IMG/VR virus record: IMGVR_UViG_3300042350_002797
Location: 186,001-250,000 of that record
Length of the DNA stretch: 64,000 nucleotides
Direction: 5' to 3' (one strand)
A program made the position numbers and the translations under genes. Below the pieces are notes generated by a model. It did not search any database. It was not told the DNA's origin and saw nothing but the letters and a program-made list of their open reading frames with translations. Numbering within the stretch: the stretch's first letter is position 1; every line of letters begins with the position of its first letter. Shown in pieces: positions 20,256 to 32,250 of this stretch.

Positions 20256-23200
20256 TATACACGCCCCACAGCGACTTCGATAACACCAGCTTCTAGTGTA
20301 TCCTTATTTTCTAATGCTTTACCTATAATTGTACCGACTTGAGGATTAATAGCTTTAGCAGCATATCCTGCTACACCAGCTGTGGTAAGCATTTCTCCTT
20401 TTTTAATTTTACCAACTACCTTACATGGAACTCGCCCTTGTAGTGCGATACATGCTCGTGTTCCCTGTAATGATCCATTCATTTTGAATCCTGGATCTGT
20501 CGAAACAACACCTGCCACACGACTATCACCAAATGTTGTAGTAGTAGTCACTTCAGCATCTCCACCGAATATCAACACAGTTCCAGGTTCGTATTCTATA
20601 TCTGCACTATACCATTCTGCCAAGTCAGCGAATGTAGCTTCTAACGTAGCACTAGCTCCTAGTTGCCATTGACCTTTTACTTCCACAGGAGTTGTTGCAG
20701 CATTATTGCCTGCATATGTTAGTATAGGAACACCACCTTGAGTTTTTAACTGAGTAGTAACAGATGGATCGAATGCAGTAAAAATAGTCAATAAGCCTGA
20801 AAAATCTGCAGGCTGGTCAATTATGGTGCTCGATGATAGTTTATAAGCAGTGGCATCAATTTCTCCAGTACTCGAAGTTTTCACAATACTGTTATTAGCT
20901 CCTGATGTACTTACTATTGTCATAGCAAATGTGCTAGCGGCTTCGGTCGCACCAGGAGTGAATGTGTAAGCATAATTTGTTCCTGAAGTTGTGCTACCAT
21001 TAAACGAATCCCATGTGCCTCTCTTAAACAAGTTAGTCGGAGTTATAGCACCAGGTGTAGCCGCACTTGTTCCTAAATTTCCTATAACTGAATTAGCAGT
21101 CAACGTGGCCATTTCGCCGAGAGATACACCGTTGGCTTTAATACCAATCCATCCATTGTTAGATACTTCAAAGTTTGCGGTATCAAATAATGCAGAACCT
21201 CTTTGTAAGGTAATATTACCACCACTAACATAACTGTTAGTTAGACTACATGTTATCGAAGTTATAGTAGTTGATGAATCAACCACTACCCATTCTTGGT
21301 TATATATGTTAGGAGTAACATTAGTTAATACTATTCTTTGGCCTATGCTATATGGGATACTACCAACTGCGCCGTATGTTATTCTTACTTGACCAGGAGT
21401 CGCTCCGATAGCACCAGTAGAACCTGTACTTGGGAATAGTCCTGTTATAGGAATACTAATTGCACCATCACTTGATGATACTTGACCGTTGGCTAAAGTA
21501 AGTTTAGATTGTTGTATACCCGATGCATAATCAATTTCTGTATTACCAATAGCATTAGCAGTAATTACAGCAGCTACAGTATTTGCAGAGCTGTCAAATT
21601 GTAGTTGAACATCACCAGTTACAGTGGCATTTTGCCATAAATTTAGTGTGCTGCTATCTCCAGTACCTACATAAATTAATAAATCTCCTGCTTCAGGATA
21701 ATTTACTTCTACGTCTTTTAATTTAAATAAACTATCTACGCTGGCAACTTGTGTGTCTACATAAACTTTATTAGCAGCATCGTCATCTAATGTAGGTGCT
21801 TGTAAATTATTAATCTGAAAACCGCCGAGATCCATATTAGCCGTAGCAGCAATAGCTCCGTTTCTTGGCATATATCCAGGGCCAATAAATTTAGTAGAAA
21901 TACCTCCGTCCCTGTTCAGATGTAAAACATAACTGATATAGTTTACAATAGCCTGTTCAGTTGGCACAGTGTCCGGAGCAGCATCAGTCATTTCGTCATC
22001 TGAACTGAATTCGTTTACTGTTACTCCTCGTTTAAAACCAATACCAGTTAAGTTTGTAAGTGCAATACCTGCATTAAAACTTACATCTCCAGTGCCTTGG
22101 TCAACTCTGAAATACCTTCCTACTCTAAAAATACCATCCTGGTCGGTTGTGACATAGAATACCCGTCCAGTTGTTTGTTCAAAAACTTCTTTAGATGAAT
22201 CTTTCTCCGAAACAGGATCTCCAAAAATATTATTAGGATAGTTGGAACTATTGTATCCTCCTGTGCCAACATTTAATAAATCGTGTCCTGTAGCTCGCAT
22301 AGTGCTAATACGCACATAGATGTTAGCAGGAACTCCTCCTTGAAATCCTGCTCTAAGAGCGTAATCTTGAATAGCACTGAAAGGAACTTGTATTCCGTCT
22401 GCTACAGGTGATGTGTTAATATTCACATCAGGGATTAAATTAGCTATCTCGACATAAGCAGGAATTACACCAGAGCTTTCTACATACTGAACAATTCTGT
22501 GTGTCTTGCCTCTCCATGCAAAAATTTTATCTCCCTCATTAAGAGCAGCAATAGTTATAGGATCAGTTATGTCTAATACCGCTAACCTAGTATCACCAGC
22601 CGTGGCACCCATAGTTTTTGGAGCGCCGTCGACTGGGTCAGTTGTTGTAGTATTAAGAGCTTCTACTTGAGGTAACCAGTAGCTAAAACTAGTATCGGTA
22701 GTGATCACGGCATGGTTATCTGGGAGATCGCCTAACGCACTAGGTGCATTTATACTAAAGGCAATAGATCTATATACTACATTGTCTTGATCGTCAAAAA
22801 TGATAGCAGTACTAGGTCTAGTTACAGGAATTTCATCTAAGTTTGAAAACTGTTGTTGTTGTAGTACACGAATATCTAAAATTTCTTTGTTTACAACCTG
22901 TTCTTGTAAGCCGCCGGCACTACCACCTGTTGTACCAGCAGTGCTTAACTGAGCTCTCATGATTTCACTACCGCCGTAAGCTACACCTCCACTAGTGTAT
23001 GCGCTATATGCAATAGTATTTGTATTTAGAGAAGTTACTAGTTGTTGATCAGTATATAAAGAAAACTGTGTTGAACTTATATTTTTAATGTAATAAACAC
23101 TTCCGCTTACATTATTATTAATTGCGGTCATACCTGCTACATTTTTAATTCGTAGCATATTACCGTCTATAAGATTATGTCCAGGTGCTGCTACTGTGAC

Positions 23201-26200
23201 TACAGCTGGATTAGCTTTACTAATATTTGTTATAGTAAATGCTTCCCATGCACGACCATTGCCTGATCCAACACCAGATGCAGTAAATTGTGTATCTACA
23301 GCAGGTTGTCCAGTTATAGTAGTTGAGCTAACATTCTGGGTATTGTTAACCACATAAGTACCCATTCCGCCTGTACCAGTTCCAAACTGCTCAATGAATG
23401 TTCCAGGTGTAATACCAGTTCCTGTGATATATGTTCCTAGAGCTAATGTACCAGATGTAACAAAAGTCACATTTAAAATTGTACCTGATCCGCCGAATCC
23501 ATCACCGATAGTACCAGTGACTACTGCCGAAGCAGTGGCTCCAATACTGACAAAATTAGTAGTTCCTACAAATTGTATAATATAGTTTCTTGTAGCAACA
23601 AATTCTCCTGCTGCTATACCAGCTGCTACACTAGTTTTTTGTAAGCTGGTTATTTCGTATCTAGTCAACCCTTCTACAGGATGACTAAACTCTGCTTCGC
23701 TAACATTAAAAGGAGGATATGCATAATCGTAGATGTAAAATACAGTGCTTCCATCATCTAATGTCGGATAAGGGTTTCTGTCGGTTACAAAAACTTTAGC
23801 TGATTGTACTTGCTTGAAAACTAAGTTTACATCATCAGGAATTTCAGTAGGATCCTGCCCTCTTGCTCTTAATCCATACACTCCGTAACAACTTGATCCA
23901 TTAGTGGCACGTATTTGTGCTCCATTACTTGCCATGTACGAAGTGTGACAGTAGTATGTAAATGTACTAACTTGTTCAGTTAATCCATTATTTGTCGCTA
24001 AAATTCCGTAGCCTAGATCATTAACCTGTGTAAAATCATTAGCCAGCATTGATCTATAACCAGCTGTCTCGATATCGATGTCCGGAGTTCTTGGATAAGT
24101 CCACGGCACAGGCTGTTGTGTAATTTTAGTTTCAATTGGTACTAATTGGGGAGCACCGCTGACTGTGTAGGATCCGATTCCGCCTGTGGTTCCAGATGTC
24201 TGTGCTACAATGGTAGTTGATGCTGCAACACCTGTGCCAGTAATTGTTGCACCTGGTAATAAAGTTCCTCTAATTATATCTGAAACGATTAGAATATTTC
24301 CAGGTGCTCCGGAACCGTTTTGTATCTCCGCTTCGAATATAGCTTCGGTTCCTGGATCATTCGCTGGCCAGGGTGTGCTAGGATTTAATAAAACAGCAGT
24401 GTTTCCAGAACTAGGGTCATAAGAAGATACACTGTCGATTTGTAATCTAACATCGTTAATATAAAAACTAGTAGGTGTTTGTAGTTGTCTTCTTTGTAAG
24501 TCTGCACCTGTTAAGTTTAAAACCTGAACTCCACTGGTAACATAGAAACTATTAATAGTAGCTCTAGTTCTTCCAGTAAATCCGTCAATAAATTGACCTC
24601 CAGCAAATCGTTGTCTATTAGTACTGCCACTTATGCTCGAACAAGTCTGTGCATATGGTGATCTACTAAGTATCTGACCACTTGGATCTAGTACCATCAT
24701 AAATCCGCCGTGACCTTGGCAAGTAATGTTTCTTAAAATAGTTGCATCATTACATAAGAATACATCCATTAATCTATTATTTTTAGGAGGATTATATGCT
24801 GGATCAAACGCAAAAGACACAGTAGAAACTAAATTGTTTACTACAACTTTTGCAGCAGTACTTTCACTAGGAATTATAAATGTGTTGATATATGTAGAAA
24901 TGTAATTTATGCCAGCAATACGACTAACAGTAAATGTTACATCTGAAAATTTTCCCTGTTGTTCTAGACTATATTCTCTACCGCCTAATCTTAAATCTTT
25001 GACAATTGAATCTACAACAAATCCAATATCCCGTTCGCTTTCTTCGATTTCACTCGGAGAAAGTGTTGGCCCCAAGCCTGAAGTATAAATTGTTACAGCA
25101 TTTGCTATAATAAGTTTGCTACTTTCAATTGTGTCAGCAGCTGAATTGTATTCCCCAGGATTCGCAAAACTAGGTCCTACATTAATATCACGATCTGGGT
25201 CACGTAAATAATGATATCCAAATTCTGTTGTTTCGTAGATATACCATTCGGTGGCAGGAATACCGACTTTACTAATTAGGTCGTCATGAAGCTCCACTGT
25301 CATGTTTCCAAGATTAATGGCTTTGATGACGCCCTCGCCTCCATTACCTCCCCAGATTTGACCAATCCATGAAGTGCTTGCTACACCTGTACCTAATGCT
25401 ACATTGATTGTTCCAGTTGTAGCTGAAGGTCTAAATGCAGTGCCTGTTCCAGATCCAACACCTGTTGTAGTAAATTCTGTTCCTATAGCATAGCCTACTG
25501 GAGCACCAATGGCCGTCCAGTTAGTAGTTCCAATACTGTCGATGATATATGTCGCGCCAATAACAAAACTACCAGCAATGACCGGGCCTTGGCCTGGATA
25601 AGATTTTACTCCTGGAGGTGCATTGTTTGTAGGGTTAGGAGATCCGATGAAATCAGTAACTCGAAGTCCATCAAACACTGAGTCTCTTCTAAAGAAAGTA
25701 TTTGCCCAAGGACTTTGACTTACTCGATTAGCAGGACGAATTAGAACACGTCTAAATTCGTCGCCTTTAATAGAAATATTCTCGGATAATCTAATAGGAT
25801 AGTCTTCAAAATATACTCCGCTTTCAACATGGATAGTAATATTGAGATCTTTAATAGACTCGCCATATTCTATCTCCTCTCCTTCTATGAAATTAATAGG
25901 TCTTAGTAGTTGGAGACTTAGTCTATCTTTACCAGCAGACGGGTTTCTTTCATATCTAAATATTTTACCTACAGCACCACTAGATTTTCCTCTAACTAAT
26001 TTTCCTGCAATAATATCAGTGTTTGCAGGATTTCCTTGATCTACATATCCGGTAGCACCATTGCTAAATTCAAATCTGTAGATTCCATTGCCAAATGTTG
26101 GTGCTGCGATTCCTTCATAACCATTTTTAATAATGTTGATCAATGTTACATAGCGTGTTAATACTATGTCATCTGTTATATTAAATTCAGCTGGAGTAGA

Positions 26201-27892
26201 ACCATAAGGAGTAAAAATTACAATGTTATTGTAATACGTCGCTGGAGCAGAATTGTCTAATGCTAATTGTAATAATTGTTGAAAATAATCTAACGCAACT
26301 AGTGTCTGGCCTAACTGTCTACCTCTTGCTAACAAAGCACTAGCGTTTCTGTAGTAAGATTTGCCTGCCCATATTGTTTGATACGTTCCGCCGGTTAAAA
26401 GATCAATGCACAGTCCTTCAATGATCAATCCAAGATCACGTTTGCACAGTTCTTTGTTATAAACAAAATCTTCAAAGTTAACATCACCGTACCCCGATAG
26501 TGTAATTGTTAGATCATTTTCTACCAAGTAATCAATGTAAGCAATAACTTCTTCTTGTATAAAGAATTTATTTTCTAGTATATGAGCTACTGTATCATTA
26601 TATCCTGTAGAGTTTACAATCTCATAAGAACTAGATGAAATAGTAGTATTATATTGTGTGTTTCCAATAGTGTAAGAAATAGTTTGAGTATAATTACCTA
26701 ATTCTTGATTAGCTATTTCTAATAATTGTTGTGCTCTTAAACAAGCAGCTCCAACAGTTGCATAAGCATAAGAGTAACTGCGTCCTTCACTGCCAGAAGG
26801 TGTTTTACGTTGTAAGTCGTCTCCAATAGTAGAAACGAATAAATTTGTTGGACTTCTGTGACTAGAATTATCTACATAATATTTGGTAGCTGCCTGTAAG
26901 TCATCACCTGCATTAGGTGTTCCGAATCCTTGTAATTGTCCAGGGTGATCATTAAGTGTTAATGCACCAGTCATAGTATCGCCTTGACGACGAACTACAG
27001 AATTTCTTGGTAATATTTCGTCGGTTAACCAATTGCCTTCCAACAATTCATTGTAAGTTATGTCAGTAAAAGTTTGTGTACCGGTTCCTGATCCATCGGG
27101 AATTATAATTTTATTTGTGTTAGCTCTTGCTTCTAGTTCAGTTGGATGTAAACTTAAGTGATCTCCGTCAACATATCTAATGTAATAAAAACTGTCATTA
27201 GCTAGTCCAGTAGCCGGAGTTCCAGTAGTGTTATATCTAATCTTTAAACCATCGCTGCCTGCATTAAATCCATGACCGACAATTTTTGCAAGGCCTGGAC
27301 CAAATGCACTAATAGTTTCCCATCCGACTAATGTATATGTCGATTCTGGAGTTAACGGTTCTGACCTTGCACGTTGAGGTTTTCCTACTCCGTTAAGAGA
27401 TTTTTGCTGATATCTTCTATCATTATATCCTTTATCTGTAACAAAGTCGTCTTCTAGAATCGCAGTGCTGCCTTCTAGATTATGCACAGTATTGAATTGA
27501 TTTATAACTGCTGTGCTAGGATCGGCAACTTTAGCAATTGCAAAATTATTGCCAAATAATGAAGCACCGAGACTTGGACTAATGTCTGAGTTTAATTCTG
27601 AAGAAGTGCTTTCAACGGTTACAGTTGTATCGGTTTGAGTGATTCCGATGCCATCGCCTGCTACTAGAGTTTTTGCCAGTACATTATCGCCTGCATTATT
27701 AACAACGAATATCTGTTGTGCTTCATATGTAGCAGGAAAATCGTCTAAATCTGTACTTTTTATAAAATCGCCTTGACCGAATACCGCGTATAAATCTCTA
27801 AAGTTTTCATTAACCTTTCTAAAAGATTCGCGAATACTGTCACCAGTTCCGTCATTACCTACAACACCAATGTCAATTATTCTTCTAGCCAT
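20255..27892 (-). CDS. Giant virion structural/tail protein with C-terminal intramolecular chaperone (peptidase G2/IMC-like)
   Basis: 2545 aa. N-terminal [26 protein letters not shown]; [16 protein letters not shown]; C-terminal ADLAEWY...VAGVVSTDP...GRVPCKV...IIGKALE. Confidence 0.75.
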   Translation of the reverse strand: MARRIIDIGVVGNDGTGDSIRESFRKVNENFRDLYAVFGQGDFIKSTDLDDFPATYEAQQIFVVNNAGDNVLAKTLVAGDGIGITQTDTTVTVESTSSELNSDISPSLGASLFGNNFAIAKVADPSTAVINQFNTVHNLEGSTAILEDDFVTDKGYNDRRYQQKSLNGVGKPQRARSEPLTPESTYTLVGWETISAFGPGLAKIVGHGFNAGSDGLKIRYNTTGTPATGLANDSFYYIRYVDGDHLSLHPTELEARANTNKIIIPDGSGTGTQTFTDITYNELLEGNWLTDEILPRNSVVRRQGDTMTGALTLNDHPGQLQGFGTPNAGDDLQAATKYYVDNSSHRSPTNLFVSTIGDDLQRKTPSGSEGRSYSYAYATVGAACLRAQQLLEIANQELGNYTQTISYTIGNTQYNTTISSSSYEIVNSTGYNDTVAHILENKFFIQEEVIAYIDYLVENDLTITLSGYGDVNFEDFVYNKELCKRDLGLIIEGLCIDLLTGGTYQTIWAGKSYYRNASALLARGRQLGQTLVALDYFQQLLQLALDNSAPATYYNNIVIFTPYGSTPAEFNITDDIVLTRYVTLINIIKNGYEGIAAPTFGNGIYRFEFSNGATGYVDQGNPANTDIIAGKLVRGKSSGAVGKIFRYERNPSAGKDRLSLQLLRPINFIEGEEIEYGESIKDLNITIHVESGVYFEDYPIRLSENISIKGDEFRRVLIRPANRVSQSPWANTFFRRDSVFDGLRVTDFIGSPNPTNNAPPGVKSYPGQGPVIAGSFVIGATYIIDSIGTTNWTAIGAPVGYAIGTEFTTTGVGSGTGTAFRPSATTGTINVALGTGVASTSWIGQIWGGNGGEGVIKAINLGNMTVELHDDLISKVGIPATEWYIYETTEFGYHYLRDPDRDINVGPSFANPGEYNSAADTIESSKLIIANAVTIYTSGLGPTLSPSEIEESERDIGFVVDSIVKDLRLGGREYSLEQQGKFSDVTFTVSRIAGINYISTYINTFIIPSESTAAKVVVNNLVSTVSFAFDPAYNPPKNNRLMDVFLCNDATILRNITCQGHGGFMMVLDPSGQILSRSPYAQTCSSISGSTNRQRFAGGQFIDGFTGRTRATINSFYVTSGVQVLNLTGADLQRRQLQTPTSFYINDVRLQIDSVSSYDPSSGNTAVLLNPSTPWPANDPGTEAIFEAEIQNGSGAPGNILIVSDIIRGTLLPGATITGTGVAASTTIVAQTSGTTGGIGSYTVSGAPQLVPIETKITQQPVPWTYPRTPDIDIETAGYRSMLANDFTQVNDLGYGILATNNGLTEQVSTFTYYCHTSYMASNGAQIRATNGSSCYGVYGLRARGQDPTEIPDDVNLVFKQVQSAKVFVTDRNPYPTLDDGSTVFYIYDYAYPPFNVSEAEFSHPVEGLTRYEITSLQKTSVAAGIAAGEFVATRNYIIQFVGTTNFVSIGATASAVVTGTIGDGFGGSGTILNVTFVTSGTLALGTYITGTGITPGTFIEQFGTGTGGMGTYVVNNTQNVSSTTITGQPAVDTQFTASGVGSGNGRAWEAFTITNISKANPAVVTVAAPGHNLIDGNMLRIKNVAGMTAINNNVSGSVYYIKNISSTQFSLYTDQQLVTSLNTNTIAYSAYTSGGVAYGGSEIMRAQLSTAGTTGGSAGGLQEQVVNKEILDIRVLQQQQFSNLDEIPVTRPSTAIIFDDQDNVVYRSIAFSINAPSALGDLPDNHAVITTDTSFSYWLPQVEALNTTTTDPVDGAPKTMGATAGDTRLAVLDITDPITIAALNEGDKIFAWRGKTHRIVQYVESSGVIPAYVEIANLIPDVNINTSPVADGIQVPFSAIQDYALRAGFQGGVPANIYVRISTMRATGHDLLNVGTGGYNSSNYPNNIFGDPVSEKDSSKEVFEQTTGRVFYVTTDQDGIFRVGRYFRVDQGTGDVSFNAGIALTNLTGIGFKRGVTVNEFSSDDEMTDAAPDTVPTEQAIVNYISYVLHLNRDGGISTKFIGPGYMPRNGAIAATANMDLGGFQINNLQAPTLDDDAANKVYVDTQVASVDSLFKLKDVEVNYPEAGDLLIYVGTGDSSTLNLWQNATVTGDVQLQFDSSANTVAAVITANAIGNTEIDYASGIQQSKLTLANGQVSSSDGAISIPITGLFPSTGSTGAIGATPGQVRITYGAVGSIPYSIGQRIVLTNVTPNIYNQEWVVVDSSTTITSITCSLTNSYVSGGNITLQRGSALFDTANFEVSNNGWIGIKANGVSLGEMATLTANSVIGNLGTSAATPGAITPTNLFKRGTWDSFNGSTTSGTNYAYTFTPGATEAASTFAMTIVSTSGANNSIVKTSSTGEIDATAYKLSSSTIIDQPADFSGLLTIFTAFDPSVTTQLKTQGGVPILTYAGNNAATTPVEVKGQWQLGASATLEATFADLAEWYSADIEYEPGTVLIFGGDAEVTTTTTFGDSRVAGVVSTDPGFKMNGSLQGTRACIALQGRVPCKVVGKIKKGEMLTTAGVAGYAAKAINPQVGTIIGKALENKDTLEAGVIEVAVGRV

Positions 27893-27905
27893 TTATTAAC
27901 CTCTT

Positions 27906-28238
27906 TTAATATTCTGATGGAGCAAAACTTGATCCGCAACCACAAGTAGTTTCTGCATTTGGGTTGTTAATAACGAAGGAAGATCCGTGTATATCTTCCT
28001 TGTAATCAACTTCTGCTCCTTGAATGTATTGAAAACTCATGGAGTCGACTAATACTTTAACACCATGAGATTCTATAGAAAAATCGTCTTCATTTTCTAT
28101 TTCATCTAATGTAAATCCATATTGAAAACCAGAACATCCTCCACCTTGAACAAACATTCTAAGTTTTAGATCTGGATTTCCTTCTTCTTCGCACACTTCT
28201 TTAATTTTGTTAGCAGCAGATTCTGAAATTATCAGCAT
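27906..28238 (-). CDS. erpA: A-type Fe-S cluster carrier (ErpA/IscA/HesB)
   Basis: [35 protein letters not shown]. Confidence 0.93.
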   Translation of the reverse strand: MLIISESAANKIKEVCEEEGNPDLKLRMFVQGGGCSGFQYGFTLDEIENEDDFSIESHGVKVLVDSMSFQYIQGAEVDYKEDIHGSSFVINNPNAETTCGCGSSFAPSEY

Positions 28239-28297
28239 ACAATCCTCTTTGATACAATATTTATCAAAGGATTTTATAATCCGAATGTAAATAAATT

Positions 28298-28585
28298 ATG
28301 TTCATTCGCGAAGAAAAATTAGAGGAAGTTTACTATCGCATTAGTAAATCGGGCATTCAACACAAATATACACGTACAAGAACCAATGTTGTGTTTACTT
28401 GTGATAATTGCGGTTGTAATTTTTCTAGGCCAAAAGGTGATGTTAGTCCAAAGAGATTAAGTAACAATTATTTTCATTGCTGCAACAATTGTGACAGTAA
28501 AAGATTTGCTCAAAAAAAGGGTGTTGAGCGTAGATTTATTTGGGACTTACCTGCTAGTAGTACATTGCCTATAAACAGATTTTAA
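28298..28585 (+). CDS. Hypothetical Cys-rich (Zn-ribbon-like) protein
   Basis: CDNC...CCNNC; TAAATA at 28288. Confidence 0.6.
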   Translation: MFIREEKLEEVYYRISKSGIQHKYTRTRTNVVFTCDNCGCNFSRPKGDVSPKRLSNNYFHCCNNCDSKRFAQKKGVERRFIWDLPASSTLPINRF

Positions 28586-28630
28586 TTTATACGTGTTTTA
28601 ATTCACTAAATAACTCACAAGGAGATTTCT

Positions 28631-28978
28631 ATGGAAATTATTATTGCTATCGCACTTATCGCTGCAATGGTTTATGTTGGATACCGAGTCTTGAACAAAG
28701 AAGATTCGGATGGAAAACATCCATTAGATGCTGCTACAAAAGCACCTTATAAAGTTGAACCACCACATACAACAACTAAAGTAGATGGAATTGGTCATGA
28801 GAGTATTCCAGTGATGCCAACATTAACTAATGTTTTAGATGTTAATGGTGATGGAAAAGTAAATTTAGAAGATGCTAAAGAAGCAGTGAAAAAGACCAAG
28901 AAAAAGGTCAAAGAAGTAACAGAAGAAGTAGTGGAAAAAGTTAAAAAACCACGCGGCAGAAAACCAAAAGCAGAATAA
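28631..28978 (+). CDS. Membrane-anchored protein with EF-hand-like loop and basic tail
   Basis: N-terminal TM; LDVNGDGKVNLED; KKPRGRKPK; TAAATA and AAGGAG upstream. Confidence 0.6.
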   Translation: MEIIIAIALIAAMVYVGYRVLNKEDSDGKHPLDAATKAPYKVEPPHTTTKVDGIGHESIPVMPTLTNVLDVNGDGKVNLEDAKEAVKKTKKKVKEVTEEVVEKVKKPRGRKPKAE

Positions 28979-29002
28979 AAAAGGGCTCTTCGGAGCCCTT
29001 TT
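28977..29002. terminator. Bidirectional intrinsic terminator
   Basis: AAAAAAGGGCTC-TTCG-GAGCCCTTTT between convergent genes. Confidence 0.85.
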
Positions 29003-30020
29003 ATTTTAATAAACTTTGTTCGTATAATGCAAAACTAGCTAAATTTTTAGCTTTTGATTCGCACATAATATCAAATTGATCATTAAAACTCAATGCCCAT
29101 TGATTAACTGCGGTGTTCCAATAGAAATCACTATGTGCTCTAAGTTTTTGTTTTTTGTGTCCTACTAATAGTAATTGTGTATGATCCGGCAGCGTGTCTA
29201 CACAATGCTTAATAAGTATGTCCTCGCGGCTAACACTATAATGACAGACAGGACGCACCCCGCGCCAGCTATCAATAACACGTTTAACCCTATCGTCATT
29301 AGGTTGGATATACTCTCCTTCACGGATCCAGTGGTGATGTATATCCATAACAATAGGCACAAGGTCGCCAATAAGTAAGCAGTCGTTAAGTCCATAACTT
29401 ATTTCTTCATTTTCAATTGTGAGTGTGTTACGTGCTTCAGGGCTAAGACGTTGATAGGCAGCACGAACACCATCAGGTCCTTGCCTACCAGATATATGTA
29501 CATTAATTTTAAAATCTTGGAAAGTTCGACCATAGCCCATCCAGCGAGCCATGTCTACATGGTATTCAAACTCGTCGATGCTACGGGAGACAATATCTGG
29601 ATCACTGCTTGCCAGAACGCAAAATTGGCCTGGATGAAAAGATAGACGCACGTCACGGCTACGAGCCAACTCACCCACTTGGCTAAACTGTGATTCACAG
29701 TAAGCCCTAACGTCACTGCGACGCCAAAAATAACTCCAAGTCCGCTCAGTGTATACTGGTAAAATGTCAGAACTGATACGAACCATTCTAAGTCGTTCAT
29801 TTAAATCCCCCACTCGTTCAACGAGTAATCTAGTTGCTTCAATATTTTGGACCATGAGGTCCCATAGTTTTTGTTCTGCGACTTCTTTAGATTGCCGATT
29901 TAGCCAAGCCACAGTAGTAGCACCCGTGTTGTATTTTTTACAGTCGTCTTTGGGTTTAATTCCATCCACTTGATGAGGATGGTCGATCCATTTGCAAGCA
30001 AAGCCTATACGTTTAGTCAT
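29001..30020 (-). CDS. uvsE: UV damage endonuclease UvsE/UVDE
   Basis: RIGFAC, RISSDILP, RLSFHPGQF.VL.S, INVH, IENEE, DIHHH, AHSDF, MCESK.K. Confidence 0.92.
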   Translation of the reverse strand: MTKRIGFACKWIDHPHQVDGIKPKDDCKKYNTGATTVAWLNRQSKEVAEQKLWDLMVQNIEATRLLVERVGDLNERLRMVRISSDILPVYTERTWSYFWRRSDVRAYCESQFSQVGELARSRDVRLSFHPGQFCVLASSDPDIVSRSIDEFEYHVDMARWMGYGRTFQDFKINVHISGRQGPDGVRAAYQRLSPEARNTLTIENEEISYGLNDCLLIGDLVPIVMDIHHHWIREGEYIQPNDDRVKRVIDSWRGVRPVCHYSVSREDILIKHCVDTLPDHTQLLLVGHKKQKLRAHSDFYWNTAVNQWALSFNDQFDIMCESKAKNLASFALYEQSLLK

Positions 30021-30026
30021 ATGTAT

Positions 30027-30055
30027 ATTATAAACACATCAGCGCCAGTTGTCAA
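30027..30055 (-). promoter_or_regulatory. Sigma70 promoter; probable leaderless uvsE transcript
   Basis: TTGACA-17-TATAAT with ATG 6 nt after the -10. Confidence 0.8.
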
Positions 30056-30737
30056 CGATAATTGGATCTTGTACGTCCGAAGGTTTTGGTTCACCGTGGA
30101 ACACTAACACTTTAGTTCTAGGATCAATTTTTGGATTTTCGATTGATCTAAAAATACGTTTATTTTCTAATCTTATAACATCTGTTTTGTTTCTTATTTC
30201 CCATTTGTAACTTTGTATCCATTCGTCTGGCCAGAAACAAAAATTAGTTTTAATTTGACTAAAAATCCAGTCTTGATCTCCGTGCATTCTTTTTACAACA
30301 TCTTTTTCTTTTAAAAAGTTTTCCCAGACATACGAGTGACTACCTTTTTCTAGTTTAAAGATACTGCTGTTAAATTTGTTCCAATTTTTTACAGTACTAC
30401 GATTGAAATCCCTTATAATACAAAATTGACCATTGTTGTAGTTCCATAAGTCATCAATCGAGTTTATAACTACAACATCTAGATCAAAGAAAAGAATGGA
30501 ACCAGAAAGAGGTAGTTCATTGCTGAACACCCAGGTTTTGTACCACCAACCTGACAAAGTCACATGAATAGGAATAGGAATAATTTTAATTTTATCATTC
30601 AGTCCACTAGGATTTTCAGTAATGCAGGCAAAGTTAAAAGGAATAGTGCTATTTCTTTTAACCATGTTGTACAATTTGTTTACATAATCAGAGCTGTATT
30701 TTTCTCCATGCTTTAAACATACCAGCCATTTATCCAT
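30039..30737 (-). CDS. Nucleotide-sugar transferase (GT-A fold)
   Basis: CLKHG.KY...YVNKL, FFDLDVV (DxD), GDQDWI, VFHG.PKP. Confidence 0.75.
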   Translation of the reverse strand: MDKWLVCLKHGEKYSSDYVNKLYNMVKRNSTIPFNFACITENPSGLNDKIKIIPIPIHVTLSGWWYKTWVFSNELPLSGSILFFDLDVVVINSIDDLWNYNNGQFCIIRDFNRSTVKNWNKFNSSIFKLEKGSHSYVWENFLKEKDVVKRMHGDQDWIFSQIKTNFCFWPDEWIQSYKWEIRNKTDVIRLENKRIFRSIENPKIDPRTKVLVFHGEPKPSDVQDPIIVDNWR

Positions 30738-31548
30738 TAACTGCCTCGTAAACTTTTTTTATACTTTCTAATAGATCTCTTAATTCGTTTAATGGTATCA
30801 TATTAGGGCCATCACTTGGTGCAGAATTTGGATTCTCATGTGTTTCTATAAAAACTGCATTTACACAACCAGTGGCTACAGCCGCCCTCGCCAAGTATGG
30901 GACCATTGATCTATCTCCACCTGAGCTTGTTCCCATTCCTCCAGGCTGTTGTACACTGTGAGTACAATCAAAGACCACGGGATAACCAGAACGTTCCATA
31001 ATAGGTAGACTACGCATGTCAACCACAAGATTATTGTATCCATGTGTTACTCCTCTTTCACATAACATAATACGATTATTACCAGTACTGGCAATTTTTT
31101 CAGCAGCTTTACTGATATCGTTCGGAGCCATAAATTGGCCTTTTTTAATATTAACAGCAAGGCCTGTTTCTCCTGCTGCTAATAATAAGTCTGTCTGTCT
31201 AGATAGAAAAGCTGGAATTTGTAAAACATCAATATTAGCTTCTTTACAGAGTACGGCTTGTTCAGGATGATGAATATCTGTAAGTGTAGCAACATTTAAA
31301 TTTTGTTTCACTCCAAACATAACATCAAGGCCTTCTTTGATACCTGGACCTCTTTTAGTGCTTATACTAGTTCTATTAGCTTTATCAAAACTGCTCTTAT
31401 AGATAAAGTTCATACCTAATCTATCTGTAATTTCTTTTACAGTTTCGGCTATCATCAAGGCATGTTGTAGTGATTCAATTTGACACGGACCAGCAATAAC
31501 AGTTAATGGTTGGCCTTTACCTATTTTAAAGTTCTTAATTGTAATCAC
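30730..31548 (-). CDS. kdsA: KDO-8-phosphate synthase
   Basis: IAGPCQIES, KSSFDKANRTS, QIPAFL.RQTDLL, NIKKGQF, DCTHSVQQPG, SDGPN. Confidence 0.95.
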   Translation of the reverse strand: MITIKNFKIGKGQPLTVIAGPCQIESLQHALMIAETVKEITDRLGMNFIYKSSFDKANRTSISTKRGPGIKEGLDVMFGVKQNLNVATLTDIHHPEQAVLCKEANIDVLQIPAFLSRQTDLLLAAGETGLAVNIKKGQFMAPNDISKAAEKIASTGNNRIMLCERGVTHGYNNLVVDMRSLPIMERSGYPVVFDCTHSVQQPGGMGTSSGGDRSMVPYLARAAVATGCVNAVFIETHENPNSAPSDGPNMIPLNELRDLLESIKKVYEAVNG

Positions 31549-32138
31549 ACAAATAAATCCTCATTCCATTCTCTATGGCCTTCTCTAAAAGCCATATTGC
31601 TCTGTGTTTCGCGCACTTCTACTCGATAACACCAAAGACGTTCTGCTTCGCCTGGACCCCACATTTCTGGAATGTAAACACCATTAACATACTTGTACAG
31701 CATGTCAGCAAGACCTTCGCAGCCTAATCGAGGCAGCACAACAATCTTGGCCATGTTGCGTTCTTTCAGAAGTTGGAATGTTTCCATTTCTGGATCATCT
31801 TGTGCTACAATTAATGTGTGATCAAATTGATCTTCTAGAATTTTTTTAAGTTCTTTGAGACCGCCATAGTCAGCTGCCCAATTACGCACATCTAAATCGT
31901 CTGTGCCAAAGTAAAACTTCATGCTAAATGAATAGCCATGAATTAGATTACAATGACTATCCGCACGCCATTGTCGATAGGCACATGGAAATGCGTCGTG
32001 ATATTCTTTGGTACTGGTATATTTGTAAGTTCTATTACGAGCAAATGCTCTTCGAATAGTTTCAAGGTGAGCCGCTGCTTCTTCTGAGCTCATATTGGCT
32101 ACATCAATATAATGTATTGTTTTGTTTTCTTGCGACAT
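31545..32138 (-). CDS. queD: 6-carboxytetrahydropterin synthase / PTPS family
   Basis: SHCNLIHGY, DYGGLK, QFDH, VEVRET. Confidence 0.85.
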   Translation of the reverse strand: MSQENKTIHYIDVANMSSEEAAAHLETIRRAFARNRTYKYTSTKEYHDAFPCAYRQWRADSHCNLIHGYSFSMKFYFGTDDLDVRNWAADYGGLKELKKILEDQFDHTLIVAQDDPEMETFQLLKERNMAKIVVLPRLGCEGLADMLYKYVNGVYIPEMWGPGEAERLWCYRVEVRETQSNMAFREGHREWNEDLFV

Positions 32139-32139
32139 G

Positions 32140-32219
32140 CTTATTCTCCTATGTTAATTATAGCATAGGCTTGCAGAATTTGTAAAGCGGGAATGAAAGC
32201 CAGAAAGGCCGCTATGCGT
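32140..32219 (-). promoter_or_regulatory. Structured 5' leader of queD (candidate translational switch)
   Basis: GC-rich leader with alternative pairings GCATAG/CTATGC versus CCTATG/CATAGG, the latter overlapping the SD. Confidence 0.5.
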
Positions 32220-32220
32220 T

Positions 32221-32250
32221 ATTATATACTTATAATTTTGTTATTGTCAA
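32221..32250 (-). promoter_or_regulatory. Sigma70 promoter for queD-kdsA
   Basis: TTGACA-18-TATAAT. Confidence 0.7.

Noticed and set aside
14628-26039. Many plus-strand ORFs of 60-110 aa in the ORF track (e.g. 14628, 16254, 19290, 20382, 24186)
   Set aside because: Antisense shadows of long structural genes, with no RBS or motifs. The same applies to 271..513, 29175-29973, 36034-36637 and 38410-39016.
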